A stretch of 64,000 nucleotides of DNA from a virus. Positions within the stretch are counted from its first letter, which is position 1. Every line of letters begins with the position of its first letter. Shown in pieces: positions 21,205 to 32,000 of this stretch. The position numbers and the translations under genes were made by a program. Location: positions 64,001-128,000 of the IMG/VR virus record IMGVR_UViG_3300040856_003054; one strand, written 5' to 3'. The notes under the pieces were generated by a model. The model was not told the DNA's origin. It ran no database searches and saw only the letters and a program-made list of their open reading frames with translations.

Positions 21205-22041
21205 ATGAAATATACATCCACAAGTTTATATCGCTATGCTGGTGGTAAAAACAAAATGAAAGATGAGATCATTAAGATCATTGATGAGGTTCATCCAAAT
21301 CTAGAAAGAATGATGTCACCTTTCATGGGTGGTGGATGTATCGAACTCTCACTTGCAGCAAGAGGTGTAAAGGTTCAAGCATATGACTTGTTCCGACCTC
21401 TTGCTGATTTTTGGGAGATTCTTACAACTGAAGGTGGAAAAAGAATTGCAGAAGAAGCAGCAAAGCACTATCCAGTGAGAGATAGAGAACACTACAAATC
21501 ATTTCTACCACTGCTTGAGAGTGACGATAAGTTCACTCGGGCGTGGTCTTTTTATATTTCTATCAAATGTGCATTTAGCGGAGATCTTGGTCACACATCA
21601 GAATCATCAAGAAAGAATCTCTGTGCTGCGAGTTTGATTAAACTTGCAGGATTCCATAATCCAAACTTCTCATTCTCTTTTGGAGATTGCTTTGAGACAA
21701 TACCAAAGCATCAGAATGACTTTTTATACTTGGATCCACCATACTATAAGACAACTTCATACTATTATGGTATTGATGGAAGCACACATGAAGGATTCAA
21801 TCACGATAAACTTGCAGAGATCTTGAAAGAACATGAAGGTGGATTTGTGATGTCTTATGACAACACAGATTATCTCAAAGAACTCTACAAGGATTGGACA
21901 GAGTTTCGCTATCTTGAATTTGATTATCAGATGGCGGGTGATGTAAGTCGTAGGGGTAAAAAGACCGAACTTATTCTCATTAAAGAACCCAAAATCAAAC
22001 CAGAATCTAATGTAAATGTCTTGGAGAGTTTATTGTATTGA
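21205..22041 (+). CDS. dam: Dam-family (D12 class) DNA adenine methyltransferase
   Basis: RYAGGK, PFMGGG, YLDPPY, F.H..LA..L, SY, TELI motifs. Confidence 0.9.
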   Translation: MKYTSTSLYRYAGGKNKMKDEIIKIIDEVHPNLERMMSPFMGGGCIELSLAARGVKVQAYDLFRPLADFWEILTTEGGKRIAEEAAKHYPVRDREHYKSFLPLLESDDKFTRAWSFYISIKCAFSGDLGHTSESSRKNLCAASLIKLAGFHNPNFSFSFGDCFETIPKHQNDFLYLDPPYYKTTSYYYGIDGSTHEGFNHDKLAEILKEHEGGFVMSYDNTDYLKELYKDWTEFRYLEFDYQMAGDVSRRGKKTELILIKEPKIKPESNVNVLESLLY

Positions 22042-22098
22042 GGACACTTGGAGAAGTGTCCTACAGGTGCTTGAGGGGGTCGCAGGAGACCCTATAAT
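22041..22098 (+). promoter_or_regulatory. palindrome-associated early promoter
   Basis: Perfect inverted repeat ggacactt-ggag-aagtgtcc; TTGAGG; TATAAT 22093. Confidence 0.8.
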
Positions 22099-22124
22099 AC
22101 AAAGGTAATCGACAGGACACTTCA

Positions 22125-22538
22125 ATGGCGACCAGAGGAAGAATCGGCATCGAACTCAAAAATGGTTCGGTGCTTTCTGTTTATCACCATTGGGACTCAT
22201 ATGAATCTTGGTTGGGTCGTATTCTGAACACTCACTACAACACCCGTCAGAAAGTTGCTGAACTAATTGATGGGGGTGATATGAGTTCCTGCTGGTCTGA
22301 TGATCGTTGGGATGATAGTGCTGATGGTTCTTATGGTCCTCAATACTACTCCCAAAGGGGCGAAGATCGCCCACCACGACTTGATGCTAACCTTGCAGAG
22401 TATTTGCTCCCTGATGGTGCAGAAGAGTTCCACTACATTTTTCGTAACGGTGAATGGGTGTGCTATAATATGAATCAGTTTGATGATTCCAAACTACCTG
22501 AAATCGTCGAAATTCCTTCTGCTGCTCTTTACGTTTGA
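22125..22538 (+). CDS. conserved phage hypothetical protein
   Basis: MATRGRIG.......SVYHHWD.Y...LG..L..HY, G.EEF.Y....GEW pattern. Confidence 0.8.
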   Translation: MATRGRIGIELKNGSVLSVYHHWDSYESWLGRILNTHYNTRQKVAELIDGGDMSSCWSDDRWDDSADGSYGPQYYSQRGEDRPPRLDANLAEYLLPDGAEEFHYIFRNGEWVCYNMNQFDDSKLPEIVEIPSAALYV

Positions 22539-22546
22539 ACATTATC

Positions 22547-24367
22547 ATGGAAACTATGGAATTGAACGAAACCAACTATTGCGATCAGCAACCTGTCACA
22601 GTGGAGTTTACTTTTGAAGAACATGATCTTCTCAATGACATTCTGTGTCATGCTTCTGATGGAATGTATGTAGCATGTCCAAATTATCATGAACTTCCAG
22701 AAGATTCTGAATTTGTGCAACGATTCAAGATGCTTGAACAACTCAGGCATAAATCTAATCAACTTTGGGCACAACGATTTGGTAACTGATTCATGAAAAC
22801 TTCTACTGCTCTTGGTGTTGCTTTTGGTGTACTTGTTCTTGCTGTTGCAGGACTATTTTTCCAAGCATGGATACTTGGAATTATTCTTTCTTGGTTTAGT
22901 GTCTCGTTGACATTCTGGCAAAACTTTCTTATTATTCTTCTTGCCAATATGATTACTTACAACTCTGGAGGTTCTTCTAAGTGAATCGTAAATATGTCGC
23001 ATCATTTGTATTAGGTTTTCTTGCTATTATTGGATGGAATGTGTTTCTAATCCAACGCGATGAGCGACTTTATGATTCATACTATCGCGCAAAAGCGATA
23101 GAGAATCTTCAGAAACCTCCATCTGCAGAGATTCGGTGATTTACTTTCTTCTCATCTCTGCAGCATTTGGATGGTGCTTTACTGTCCTATTCTCAAAACA
23201 CTTCAACTATCTGGACGAGAACAATGATTCCCAAAAGCATCCGTGACCTTATCAAAAAAGCAGAAATGGACAAAGTAGCAGAAGAGTTTTGGAAAGAGAT
23301 TGAGGCAGAAGCAGCGGCAAGAGAAGTAACCGTAGAATACTATTTGGCCGAGTTCTATTAACTTGACAAGCAACACTTTTAATTCTAAACTTGAGAGGTA
23401 ATTTACACAAACAAATGGCACAAAAGTTCTTGTATATCGTCGATCACTTTTGCAACTTTCCCCGTTCAGAATATGGTGGAATTTGGAATGTTATTGCAGA
23501 AGATGACGATGAATGTTTCGATTTGATTAAAGATTATGATGATGGTTTCAACGAAGAATATTATGTAAATCTTCGTGAAAAAGTAGTCAATGCAAGAACT
23601 TATGCTCTTGCTGAAGATGTAGAATCCACTATTGTTGAAAGTTTCACCACCTGATTATGACACAAAATGTTGCCCACTCGAACAAAATGTTGGTTGATTT
23701 GAAAGAACAATACCAAGCACAAATCAGTCGCCTTCAGAATAAAATCAGTGAGCAAGAGCAGGAAATCTTGAAACTTAAAACACTGATTTCTCTTCTATCT
23801 GTTGAAAGAGAATATGACGTGTGAAGTTCCTCCTCTACCCTATTCCCCCCCAGAGGGGTATTTTTATGAAGCAGAAGAGTTCAAGAGGAATGTTGTTAGT
23901 ATCTGGTTATGTAATACTCACAAGTTTGTCTATAATGGTGGTGTTCAAACCAGAACTATTCACTCTTTTTACAACACCAAAACCAGAGAATACTTTGCCC
24001 CAATCAATAGTAAGACCATTGGTGCTTGTGTAAATATCAAGGAAACGCGGAATTACTCTGCGATGCCGATTAAATATATCGGATTGGAGCAGTTCTTTGT
24101 ATGACAGAATACATTCCAAAAATCAATGATTATGTTGTATGGACAAAAGGTGTTGAAGGTTGGATTTATTTTGTGGATGAAGAATACATCACCATTGAGT
24201 ATATTGTTCGCCCAAAAAATAAAGTAAACTATCGCGCTTGTCCTATTCATGCAAATGAAAGATTGCTTGTGGTTTGTTATAAGGAACAATGGAACGAATT
24301 AGAATACATCAAGTCCCGTCAATCAATCTATGAAGAAGAGGAAAACTGCTTGGCGATTGTAAGTTAG
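22547..24367 (+). CDS. cluster of small hypothetical genes (incl. TM protein 22793..22984, 23415..23654, 23814..24104, 24101..24367)
   Basis: Contiguous + strand ORFs. Confidence 0.65.
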
Positions 24368-24371
24368 TATT

Positions 24372-24450
24372 GTGGGCAGCAACATTGCGGGGGCGTAAGG
24401 TTGTGTAAGTCCCACTTTTATGGTATAAATAATAATACCCCCGCAAAAGA
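24372..24450 (+). ncRNA. endonuclease-leader cassette 4 (variant architecture)
   Basis: gtggg/cccac-tttt stem enclosing ttgcggggg 24385-24393, complementary to cccccgcaa 24438-24446; TATAAATA 24424. Confidence 0.5.
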
Positions 24451-25227
24451 ATGATGAACTATCTAAAAGTTTATTGTAACCTCATCAGGAAAGCAGAGAA
24501 TAGAACTCCACCTGAAGGTTATACGGAAAAACATCATATATTTCCAAAGAGCATTTATGGAAATAACAATAGAGTTGTAATTTTCACTGCAAGAGAGCAC
24601 TATATTGCTCACGCATTATTGGAAAAAGTTTGTATCCAAAGGTATGGATTGAAAGATAAAAGAACTATAAAAATGATTTATGCCCATAGTGGAATGAAAG
24701 GTAATAATGGTTATATCAATTCCACTTTATATGAAGGTGCAAGAAAAAGAAGAAGTGATAATATGAAAGGAAAACCTTTGTATATTCCAACTGAAAAGCA
24801 TAAAGAAGAAATCAGACAAAGAAGATTGGGAACCAAAGCATCCGAAGAAACAAAAAGAAAAATGAGCGAATCGCATAGAGGTAAAAAATGTCCTCCAAGA
24901 AGTGAAGAATGGAAAAAAAGGGTGGGTGAGAGAATGAAAAAATATGTTGGAGAAAAAAATCCTTTTTATGGAAAAAAACATACAGAAGAAACTAAAAGAA
25001 AGATAAGTGATTCGAAAAAAGGTAAAAAGTATGATAAGAAAATAATAAAAAAATCAAAATACTTATGCAAAGTTAAAAATTCCAAAGGAGAAGTATTTTC
25101 TACCACAAATTTAAAAAATTTTTGTAGAGAAAATAATCTAAACCCCAGTTGCATGTATAGAATAATATCTGGCAAACAAATTCAACATAAAGGATGGGAA
25201 ATTGTTGAAAGAATTAAAATAGAATGA
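24451..25227 (+). CDS. HNH (MobE-like) homing endonuclease with NUMOD3 repeats
   Basis: N-terminus nearly identical to 9591..10226; SEETKRKMSE, NPFYGKKHTEETKRKIS; C-terminal HTH-like. Confidence 0.85.
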   Translation: MMNYLKVYCNLIRKAENRTPPEGYTEKHHIFPKSIYGNNNRVVIFTAREHYIAHALLEKVCIQRYGLKDKRTIKMIYAHSGMKGNNGYINSTLYEGARKRRSDNMKGKPLYIPTEKHKEEIRQRRLGTKASEETKRKMSESHRGKKCPPRSEEWKKRVGERMKKYVGEKNPFYGKKHTEETKRKISDSKKGKKYDKKIIKKSKYLCKVKNSKGEVFSTTNLKNFCRENNLNPSCMYRIISGKQIQHKGWEIVERIKIE

Positions 25228-25493
25228 AAAAGAAAAAAGGATTTCTTTATTATGTTTACTGTGCTTTGGGTGAAAAATCTCATCCACATTGCAACAAAAC
25301 AGCAGATAGAGTTGCTCTTATTCGTTTATTGATTACTCTACAAATTTTAATCACTAATGGTTTTATTGTTGCTAATGCCATCCGACATTGGAATGATAAA
25401 ACAACCATCCAAGTTGTGATTGATTCTTCAACTCTTCCAGAATATCAAACACCAGAAGCAATAAAAACTAATAAATCCTTTGAGTTCGAATAA
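25224..25493 (+). CDS. small membrane protein
   Basis: ALGEK....AD.VA.IR plus hydrophobic helix, ITN.FIVA..IRHW. Confidence 0.7.
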   Translation: MKKKKGFLYYVYCALGEKSHPHCNKTADRVALIRLLITLQILITNGFIVANAIRHWNDKTTIQVVIDSSTLPEYQTPEAIKTNKSFEFE

Positions 25494-25512
25494 ATAATCA
25501 AAAACAAGAAAG

Positions 25513-25929
25513 ATGCTGACATTTAGAGAGTTCTACGAAATCTGTGAAGGTAAGAAACCTGATACTCCTCCACACGCAGTTCCTGGGACTGTGAATAGAG
25601 ATTCTAGTGGCACTCTAACATATACTCTTCAGCGTTATGATGGACCAAAGGTTAAACCATCAAAGAAAGAAATTGAGAACCAAGTATTAGACCAGAGTGG
25701 TAGAAACAAAGTAGAAAAACATGCCAAGAGAGTGGCAAAGTCAATTAAAAAAATTGAAGAAGATATTGAAACAAGACGTAGAGAGTTGAGACAGAGACAA
25801 AAAGATCAAATGTCAGCACAAAGAGAACGTGTTGCAGGTTATCATGCAGCACAACAAGAGAAAAAAGAAAAGGAATCAGAAAGAGAAGAACTTAAAAAAG
25901 AAATCAAGAGAGAACTCAAGGACAGTTGA
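25513..25929 (+). CDS. late, highly charged protein with TFREF..ICE N-terminus (possible internal head protein)
   Basis: AATAAATA at 25489; coiled-coil C-terminus. Confidence 0.6.
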   Translation: MLTFREFYEICEGKKPDTPPHAVPGTVNRDSSGTLTYTLQRYDGPKVKPSKKEIENQVLDQSGRNKVEKHAKRVAKSIKKIEEDIETRRRELRQRQKDQMSAQRERVAGYHAAQQEKKEKESEREELKKEIKRELKDS

Positions 25930-26136
25930 GGAACCGTCCACCATTCTCACACAAGCACCTTAATCTCCTGTATATTACATTTGTTCAGTTGAGGAACACC
26001 AAATGAATCACTTTGATGATATTCAGGTTGAAGAACTTGAAAACTTTGACTTTTGTTTTGATGGTCTCTTCGATGAAGAAGAGAAAGATGCACAATCTTT
26101 CAACTCTTACCTGAACTCTAACATTGATTATTGATT

Positions 26137-26343
26137 ATGACTGACACTGTTAATGTTCTTCCTCACATCCGAGAACTGAAAGATACTTGGCGTCGTCAAG
26201 ATTTCAGTTTCACTAAATCGCAGAAAGAAGAATACGATCTCTTGATTGCTGCTCGTCGTGAAAGGGTAAAACAACATTATAAAGAAGGAAAAGTTTGCAC
26301 AATCAGCAAATCTGCAATGGACAAACTTAAAGAAGATAACTAA
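26137..26343 (+). CDS. hypothetical cyanophage protein
   Basis: ORF after promoter element 25919..25976 and an acidic small ORF. Confidence 0.65.
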   Translation: MTDTVNVLPHIRELKDTWRRQDFSFTKSQKEEYDLLIAARRERVKQHYKEGKVCTISKSAMDKLKEDN

Positions 26344-26447
26344 ATAATGATGCCTGAAGTTGACTGACATCTCTACAGGCAGAGGAGGAGCAGAAATGCT
26401 CCTTTTCTTGTATAAATACTTAAGTCAGTCAACTTAAGAGCAGAACT
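26341..26447 (+). ncRNA. endonuclease-leader cassette 5
   Basis: TAAATA 26341; stem tgcctg/caggca; aagttgactgac 26357-26368 perfectly complementary to gtcagtcaactt 26424-26435; terminator aggagca-gaaa-tgctcct-ttt; TATAAATA 26411. Confidence 0.65.
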
Positions 26448-27140
26448 ATGGTCAAAAATCCATATAGATTTTATACCTATGCCTATTTGCGTGAGGATAG
26501 AACTCCTTATTACATAGGTAAGGGTAGTGGAAGAAGAATATATGATAAAAATGGAAGACCTTGTGGTAAACCGAAAGATAAATCCAGAATTATTTTCTTA
26601 AAGCAAAATCTAACCGAAGAAGAAGCATTCAAACACGAAATCTATATGATTTCTGTGTTTGGTAGAAAAGATTTGGGGACAGGTATTCTTCATAATAAAA
26701 CCGATGGAGGTGATGGAGTTTCTGGGGTAATAGTTAGTGAAGAAACAAGAGAAAAATTAAGAAAATCATCTACAAAATATAATAATGAAGGTCAAAGAAA
26801 ATTGGCAAACAAAAAAACTCATAAAAATTATTATCTAAAGAATAAAGAAAAAATATCACGATACTATAAAGAAAAATATAAGAAAATGAGTTCTGATTTG
26901 GAATGGATGGAGAATCAAAGATTAAAACAAAGAATACCTAAAGAAAATCAAAAAACAAATAGATTGTGGAAAACTTGGAAAATAACTTTCAGTGATGGTA
27001 GAATATTGGAAATGACTGGATTATATAATTGGTGTAAAAATAATGGATATAGTGATGGGTTAGTTTATCAGGTAGCAAAAGGCACCAGAAATAAACATAA
27101 AGATATTGTGTCAGTAGAACAACTGACCACTTACTCTTGA
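26448..27140 (+). CDS. GIY-YIG-family homing endonuclease
   Basis: N-terminus near-identical to 3159..3854; C-terminal domain like that of 9591..10226. Confidence 0.85.
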   Translation: MVKNPYRFYTYAYLREDRTPYYIGKGSGRRIYDKNGRPCGKPKDKSRIIFLKQNLTEEEAFKHEIYMISVFGRKDLGTGILHNKTDGGDGVSGVIVSEETREKLRKSSTKYNNEGQRKLANKKTHKNYYLKNKEKISRYYKEKYKKMSSDLEWMENQRLKQRIPKENQKTNRLWKTWKITFSDGRILEMTGLYNWCKNNGYSDGLVYQVAKGTRNKHKDIVSVEQLTTYS

Positions 27141-27186
27141 TTTTATTCCCAATACCCGATATACTGAAAATGTCAGATACATAAAA

Positions 27187-28086
27187 ATGACTAAAAATCT
27201 TCACCTTGAACATCCTTGTGATAGCATCCTGACAGGAGATTTAAGTGTCTTGGATTGGTTTCATGAACCCAACTCCACTATCAGCACTAAGATGGATGGA
27301 AGTCCAGCATTAGTTTATGGAACTAATCCTGCAAATGGAAAGTGGTTCTGTGGAACAAAAAGTGTATTCAACAAAATAAAGATTAAAATAGCACACTCTC
27401 ATGAAGAAATTGATCAGTTTTACACTGGGAAGGTAGCAGAAATCCTACATCTTTGTTTTGACTATCTTCCTCGTACAAAATCAATTATTCAATGTGACTG
27501 GATCGGTGTAGGAGGTTCTCAAGAATACAAACCAAATACTATTACTTATCGTTTTCCGCAGGTAGTTAAAGAGAAAATCATTGTCGCACCTCACACAACT
27601 TATGGTGGCGGTGATGATCTCCGTGATGTATTTGCTGCTCCTCTGTGCAGCAAACTAATCAGCACAAAACACTGCAAATTCGTGCAACCTCAAGTGGAAC
27701 TGAATCCTTATCGTGAAGATTTGGAGGATGTGTGTAAGTTTGCCAAGCAAATGAGCACTCTATGTGAGTTTGTGACTGCTCGCAAAGCATTAGAAATCAA
27801 AAAGGAAATAAACAACTGCATTAGGGAGCAACGGGTCGTCAATGAAGATGAAATTGCAGAAAAATGTGATTGTGATAGAAATTTGATTAGGTTGTGGAAG
27901 TTAGTGTATTCAATCAAGACAGACATGTTCATGTTCATTCACGAAATGGATCAGATTGAATGTTCTATCAACGGTGAAGATAGTTTCCATGAGGGTTATT
28001 GTATCTCAAACAAATACGGTATGTATAAAGTCGTAGATAGAGAAGTTTTCTCATACAATAATTTCGTGACACCTAAAACTTGGTAG
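27187..28086 (+). CDS. conserved cyanophage protein with ligase-like KxDG motif (DUF6267-like)
   Basis: KN.HLEH..D, TKMDGSPA, GTKSVFNK, HEGY, KVVDR..FS. Confidence 0.65.
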   Translation: MTKNLHLEHPCDSILTGDLSVLDWFHEPNSTISTKMDGSPALVYGTNPANGKWFCGTKSVFNKIKIKIAHSHEEIDQFYTGKVAEILHLCFDYLPRTKSIIQCDWIGVGGSQEYKPNTITYRFPQVVKEKIIVAPHTTYGGGDDLRDVFAAPLCSKLISTKHCKFVQPQVELNPYREDLEDVCKFAKQMSTLCEFVTARKALEIKKEINNCIREQRVVNEDEIAEKCDCDRNLIRLWKLVYSIKTDMFMFIHEMDQIECSINGEDSFHEGYCISNKYGMYKVVDREVFSYNNFVTPKTW

Positions 28087-28094
28087 GTGTCTTT

Positions 28095-28128
28095 AGACCA
28101 CCTTCGGGTGGTCTTTTTTTTATAAATA
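28095..28128 (+). terminator. rho-independent terminator followed by a late promoter
   Basis: agaccacc-ttcg-ggtggtct plus T run, then TATAAATA. Confidence 0.85.
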
Positions 28129-28149
28129 TCTAAAAAAGTATTGGGTAAA

Positions 28150-28953
28150 ATGGCATCAAATAAGACATTTGCGGAGTTCATGGAGATTTGTGAGAAGTTT
28201 TCGATGGCAGCAGACACATCGAAACCACAATCAGCAAAACCAACTAAACTTCCAAAAAGTCGTGAAAGAAATGTAGGAACGCACGATGATTGGAAAGATA
28301 AAGTACCAACTGAATGGAATGATACGACAACTGAACAAAAAAAGAAAAATAAATTAAGATCAAGAGCAAGTGCAGTTGTTGGTACACAGCAAAGACAAGA
28401 TGTTGAAACTGGTGTAAGAAAAGAGGAAGCACAGTTAGATGAACTTCGTATCACAAGAATGTCGCCAGAGAAGCAAGAAGTAAAGAGACGTGCTAAAAAC
28501 ATCAAAGACATTAGAACAAAGAGAGAAACACTTGCTGCATTGATGAGACATGCAGAACTTCAAAAGAAAGGATTGGCAGATGAAGTTGAGTATGATGGTG
28601 AGAATGTTGATGAAGTATTGATGGTAACTCCTGCAAGAAAGAAACCAACCAAGAAAGTTGTAAAGAGTGTTGTCAAGATAGAAAAACCAGATCCAAGTGA
28701 TCCTGATTATGTAAGAAAGCAGAGAGCATATGTCAAATCAAAGCAGCAAGAGGAAATGGTTGACTATGAAAGATTAAGAAGTGGTGCAGAAGCAGCAACT
28801 GATAGAGCAGCAGCAGTAAAGAAAGCAAAACAACAAAGACAACAAAGTGATGCAGAAGCAGCAAGAAGTGCATTTAGAACAAAAGGTGTTCCATTTAGTG
28901 ATGCAAAAGGTTCTGGTCACATTGTAAATGGTAAGAAAGTATATGCCAGTTGA
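28150..28953 (+). CDS. late, highly charged protein with KTFAEF..ICE N-terminus (possible internal head protein)
   Basis: Late promoter; K/E/R/A-rich. Confidence 0.65.
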   Translation: MASNKTFAEFMEICEKFSMAADTSKPQSAKPTKLPKSRERNVGTHDDWKDKVPTEWNDTTTEQKKKNKLRSRASAVVGTQQRQDVETGVRKEEAQLDELRITRMSPEKQEVKRRAKNIKDIRTKRETLAALMRHAELQKKGLADEVEYDGENVDEVLMVTPARKKPTKKVVKSVVKIEKPDPSDPDYVRKQRAYVKSKQQEEMVDYERLRSGAEAATDRAAAVKKAKQQRQQSDAEAARSAFRTKGVPFSDAKGSGHIVNGKKVYAS

Positions 28954-29021
28954 GATTCTGTCACATCATCTTGTTTTTTGAGTCAAAATCTGTTATTCTA
29001 ATCAAGTAGCAAAACTTTTTC

Positions 29022-32000
29022 ATGAATCCTTCCGAAATCCGTAAAGTAGCACGACTTCTTGAATATGAAGATGATTGTCGTGCAGCACGTCAGGAGTTTA
29101 TGGAACATGGTGTAAGATTTTATGATAAATTTGGAACTGGTCACATTGTTGATGGTGTGAAGAAATATACTGAGAAGTATTGAGTGTGACAATCCGAAAG
29201 GTGTCACCCAAAATGAGCACAGCATCCTAAATCGTGTATTGTATCTGTATTGAAGCAAATCACTCCCATGCCTTCCTTCATTCAACACACAACCAATCCA
29301 ACCTTTGTTGAAGTTGGTGTAGAGTTCTTTCTTCCCACTGATTCTACTTCCTGGATTCCGAATGGTTTTGACATGGTAGAGTTTTGTGTGGATGCAGATG
29401 AACTCGAAGATGATCGTTATGCTACACTTGAAGAGGTTGCAGAACAATTCTGCAAGAAAATCGGTGTAGTGTTTTCTCAAGTAATCGAATCGGATTTGTG
29501 GTGATTATGGCAACTTGTGGAATCTTAGTGCTCCTTGCATACTCTCTGGGTGCATTGCAAATTATAGTTTTGCATCGACTGCTCAGGGACAATCCCTGAA
29601 GTGTCCACCAGACGCACCAGAATCGTCTCTAGTGCGTCTATAATGACTTTGTTGAATCAAACCACGCAACTCATGGTTTTCCACTATACGACCAACTGGA
29701 AAGAGAATAAGGTGTGCCAGATGTTCATTCAGGAGGTTACACCAGAGTTTCAAGAAGGTGACAACAAATACGTTGCTATTGCTCTCAATCCCGAAACAAA
29801 CAAGAGCATGGTGATGTCGAAACCCCGCAGTCATTATGATACACTGCAATGGGTTCGTAAGTGGTGTGGTTCCTTTTGTATTCTTCCTGCCTGATTCTTT
29901 TCACTCAACTCACCATCATTTACTTATGACTACCAAAACTTGGGTTGTTAAACTTGAGATTGCGATTGATGAGAATAGTCATCCTCGCAAGTTTATCCCT
30001 GATGCTATTGCTGAATGTCTGAATCTTGAAGAAGGTGAAGACATTATTGATTACAACTTTGTGTGTCTTGATTGATGAAAAACTATCGAGTTCGTGTTGA
30101 AACTAACGATGGATGTGTCACTATCTGGCATGAGAAATCGAAAGCAAAAAGCGCAGACAAATTGATTCTCAATCGTGTCTACAATCAACTCTGTGGACTA
30201 AACATTAAAGAAATCTCTGTTAATCCTTCTGTTTGAATCATGGCAACTTGGAGAGCAAAGTGTTGGTTAGGTTCTTCTTCTGGTTATCAAGAACTGGAAG
30301 TGCAATCTAACACAACCTACGGAGCAAAAGAGCAGTTTAAGAGAATCTATGGTGCAGAGCAAATCATCAACCTTCGGGAAGTTCGTGGAGAATCTACATC
30401 AGGTTCTGGAATTGGTGATGTTGGAGGAACTGTGGGTTTGATTGGTTTGGTTGCACTTTGTTGGGCATTTGTATCATTTACACCGTGGATTCTCATGGGT
30501 TTGGGTGGTGCTTTTGGAACTTGGGTTGGTGAACAAGTAACAGGACAAAGCATCGAAGAGTATAATGAACGTGATGATGGTTTGGGTAACAAACGAGCAT
30601 CAGTTGTTGTTGCGCTTGCTCTCATTCTAGGTGGAATTGGTTTTGTGAAAGGTGATGAAATCAAAAAAGGTTTTGATGCTGATAGTGTTCCTGCTGAGGT
30701 GAAGAAAACTAAATGATTATCACACCAGATAAACTAAAACTAATCAATGCACTTTCTGCAGAGTATGAGTATCTGTGCCATGATGACTTTGACCCAGATG
30801 TTGATACAACACCTGAAGAATACAATAAGATGCTGAGAAAAATGTCCTATGAAGAATTGATCGAAGAGGCAAGTATTGGTGAAGAATATACCCTTGAAGA
30901 TTACCTAGGAACTTGGTTATGAACTACACTGACATCACAACACTTGAGAATTGCCCCGAGTGTGGTGCTAACTGGGTTGATAAACGCATCCCTGAAGAAC
31001 TCTGGGATCGCTATTCTCCTCCCTATTTCTATAGTCGTGTGATAGGAGTTGAGTTGCTCCATGAAGATCGAATCAATCATTGGTTGTGCCCTGATTGTAA
31101 CCACAAGTTTCCCCGATGATTTACTCTAACCTCTCAAAGATTCGTCCTAAACTAAGGACAACTGGACGTGTTTCAGGCAATTTCGGAAAATTGAAAGTTG
31201 TCGCTGGTTCATCACTCAATGAGATCGGTGGTGATGGTAACATAGGTGCCACACAAGATGAGTACCTGAATCGTCTTTATTATGCTTTTGATAACACCAC
31301 AGACACTAAACTTCAGCAGTTTCTCTATCAAGAAATCAAAAAGATTCACGTTCAAAGAGGAACCTGGTGACAGTTGTAGAAGTGTCACAATAAATGAGCA
31401 CAGAGACCAAAATCATGTATTATTAAAGAGTCAAAGCAATTCAAGCACATGACTACTGCTTTCGCTGACTTCGTTGCACAGCAAGATGCAAAGAACACAA
31501 TCCAACTTAACATTGTTAAGTATTGTCTGATGCTGTGTGATGCTCTTGGACATGATGCTCCTGATGGGTATCACTACTCTCTAGATTCTTCTGGTCGCAA
31601 GTATCACAAAGTATTCATGCACATTGGTGATCGTAGGGATTCTATTCATGCTTTTATTGATAAGCAAACTGGTTCTGTGTATAAACCAGCAAGTGTAAAA
31701 GCGCCTGCAAAAGGTCAGCGTTACAATGTGCTGAGTATTGAATCTCGTGAGCAAATGTTTGAGCGTTGCGATTGGTCAGGATCTTATCTTTACGCACGTT
31801 GATACAAACTAAAGGGTGTGACAATCAAATCTCTGGCACACTCGATGGTTTTCCTCCCCAAAATCCTGTATATTAAAAGAGTCAAAAACAACAACGACAT
31901 GACCACTGCAACCGCTTCCCGCACTTTTGTTCATCAGTCTGTGAATAGCAGCGCAATCTCTCAACTCTCTGTGATCTCTGGTGAGATTGAAGGAACCTAT

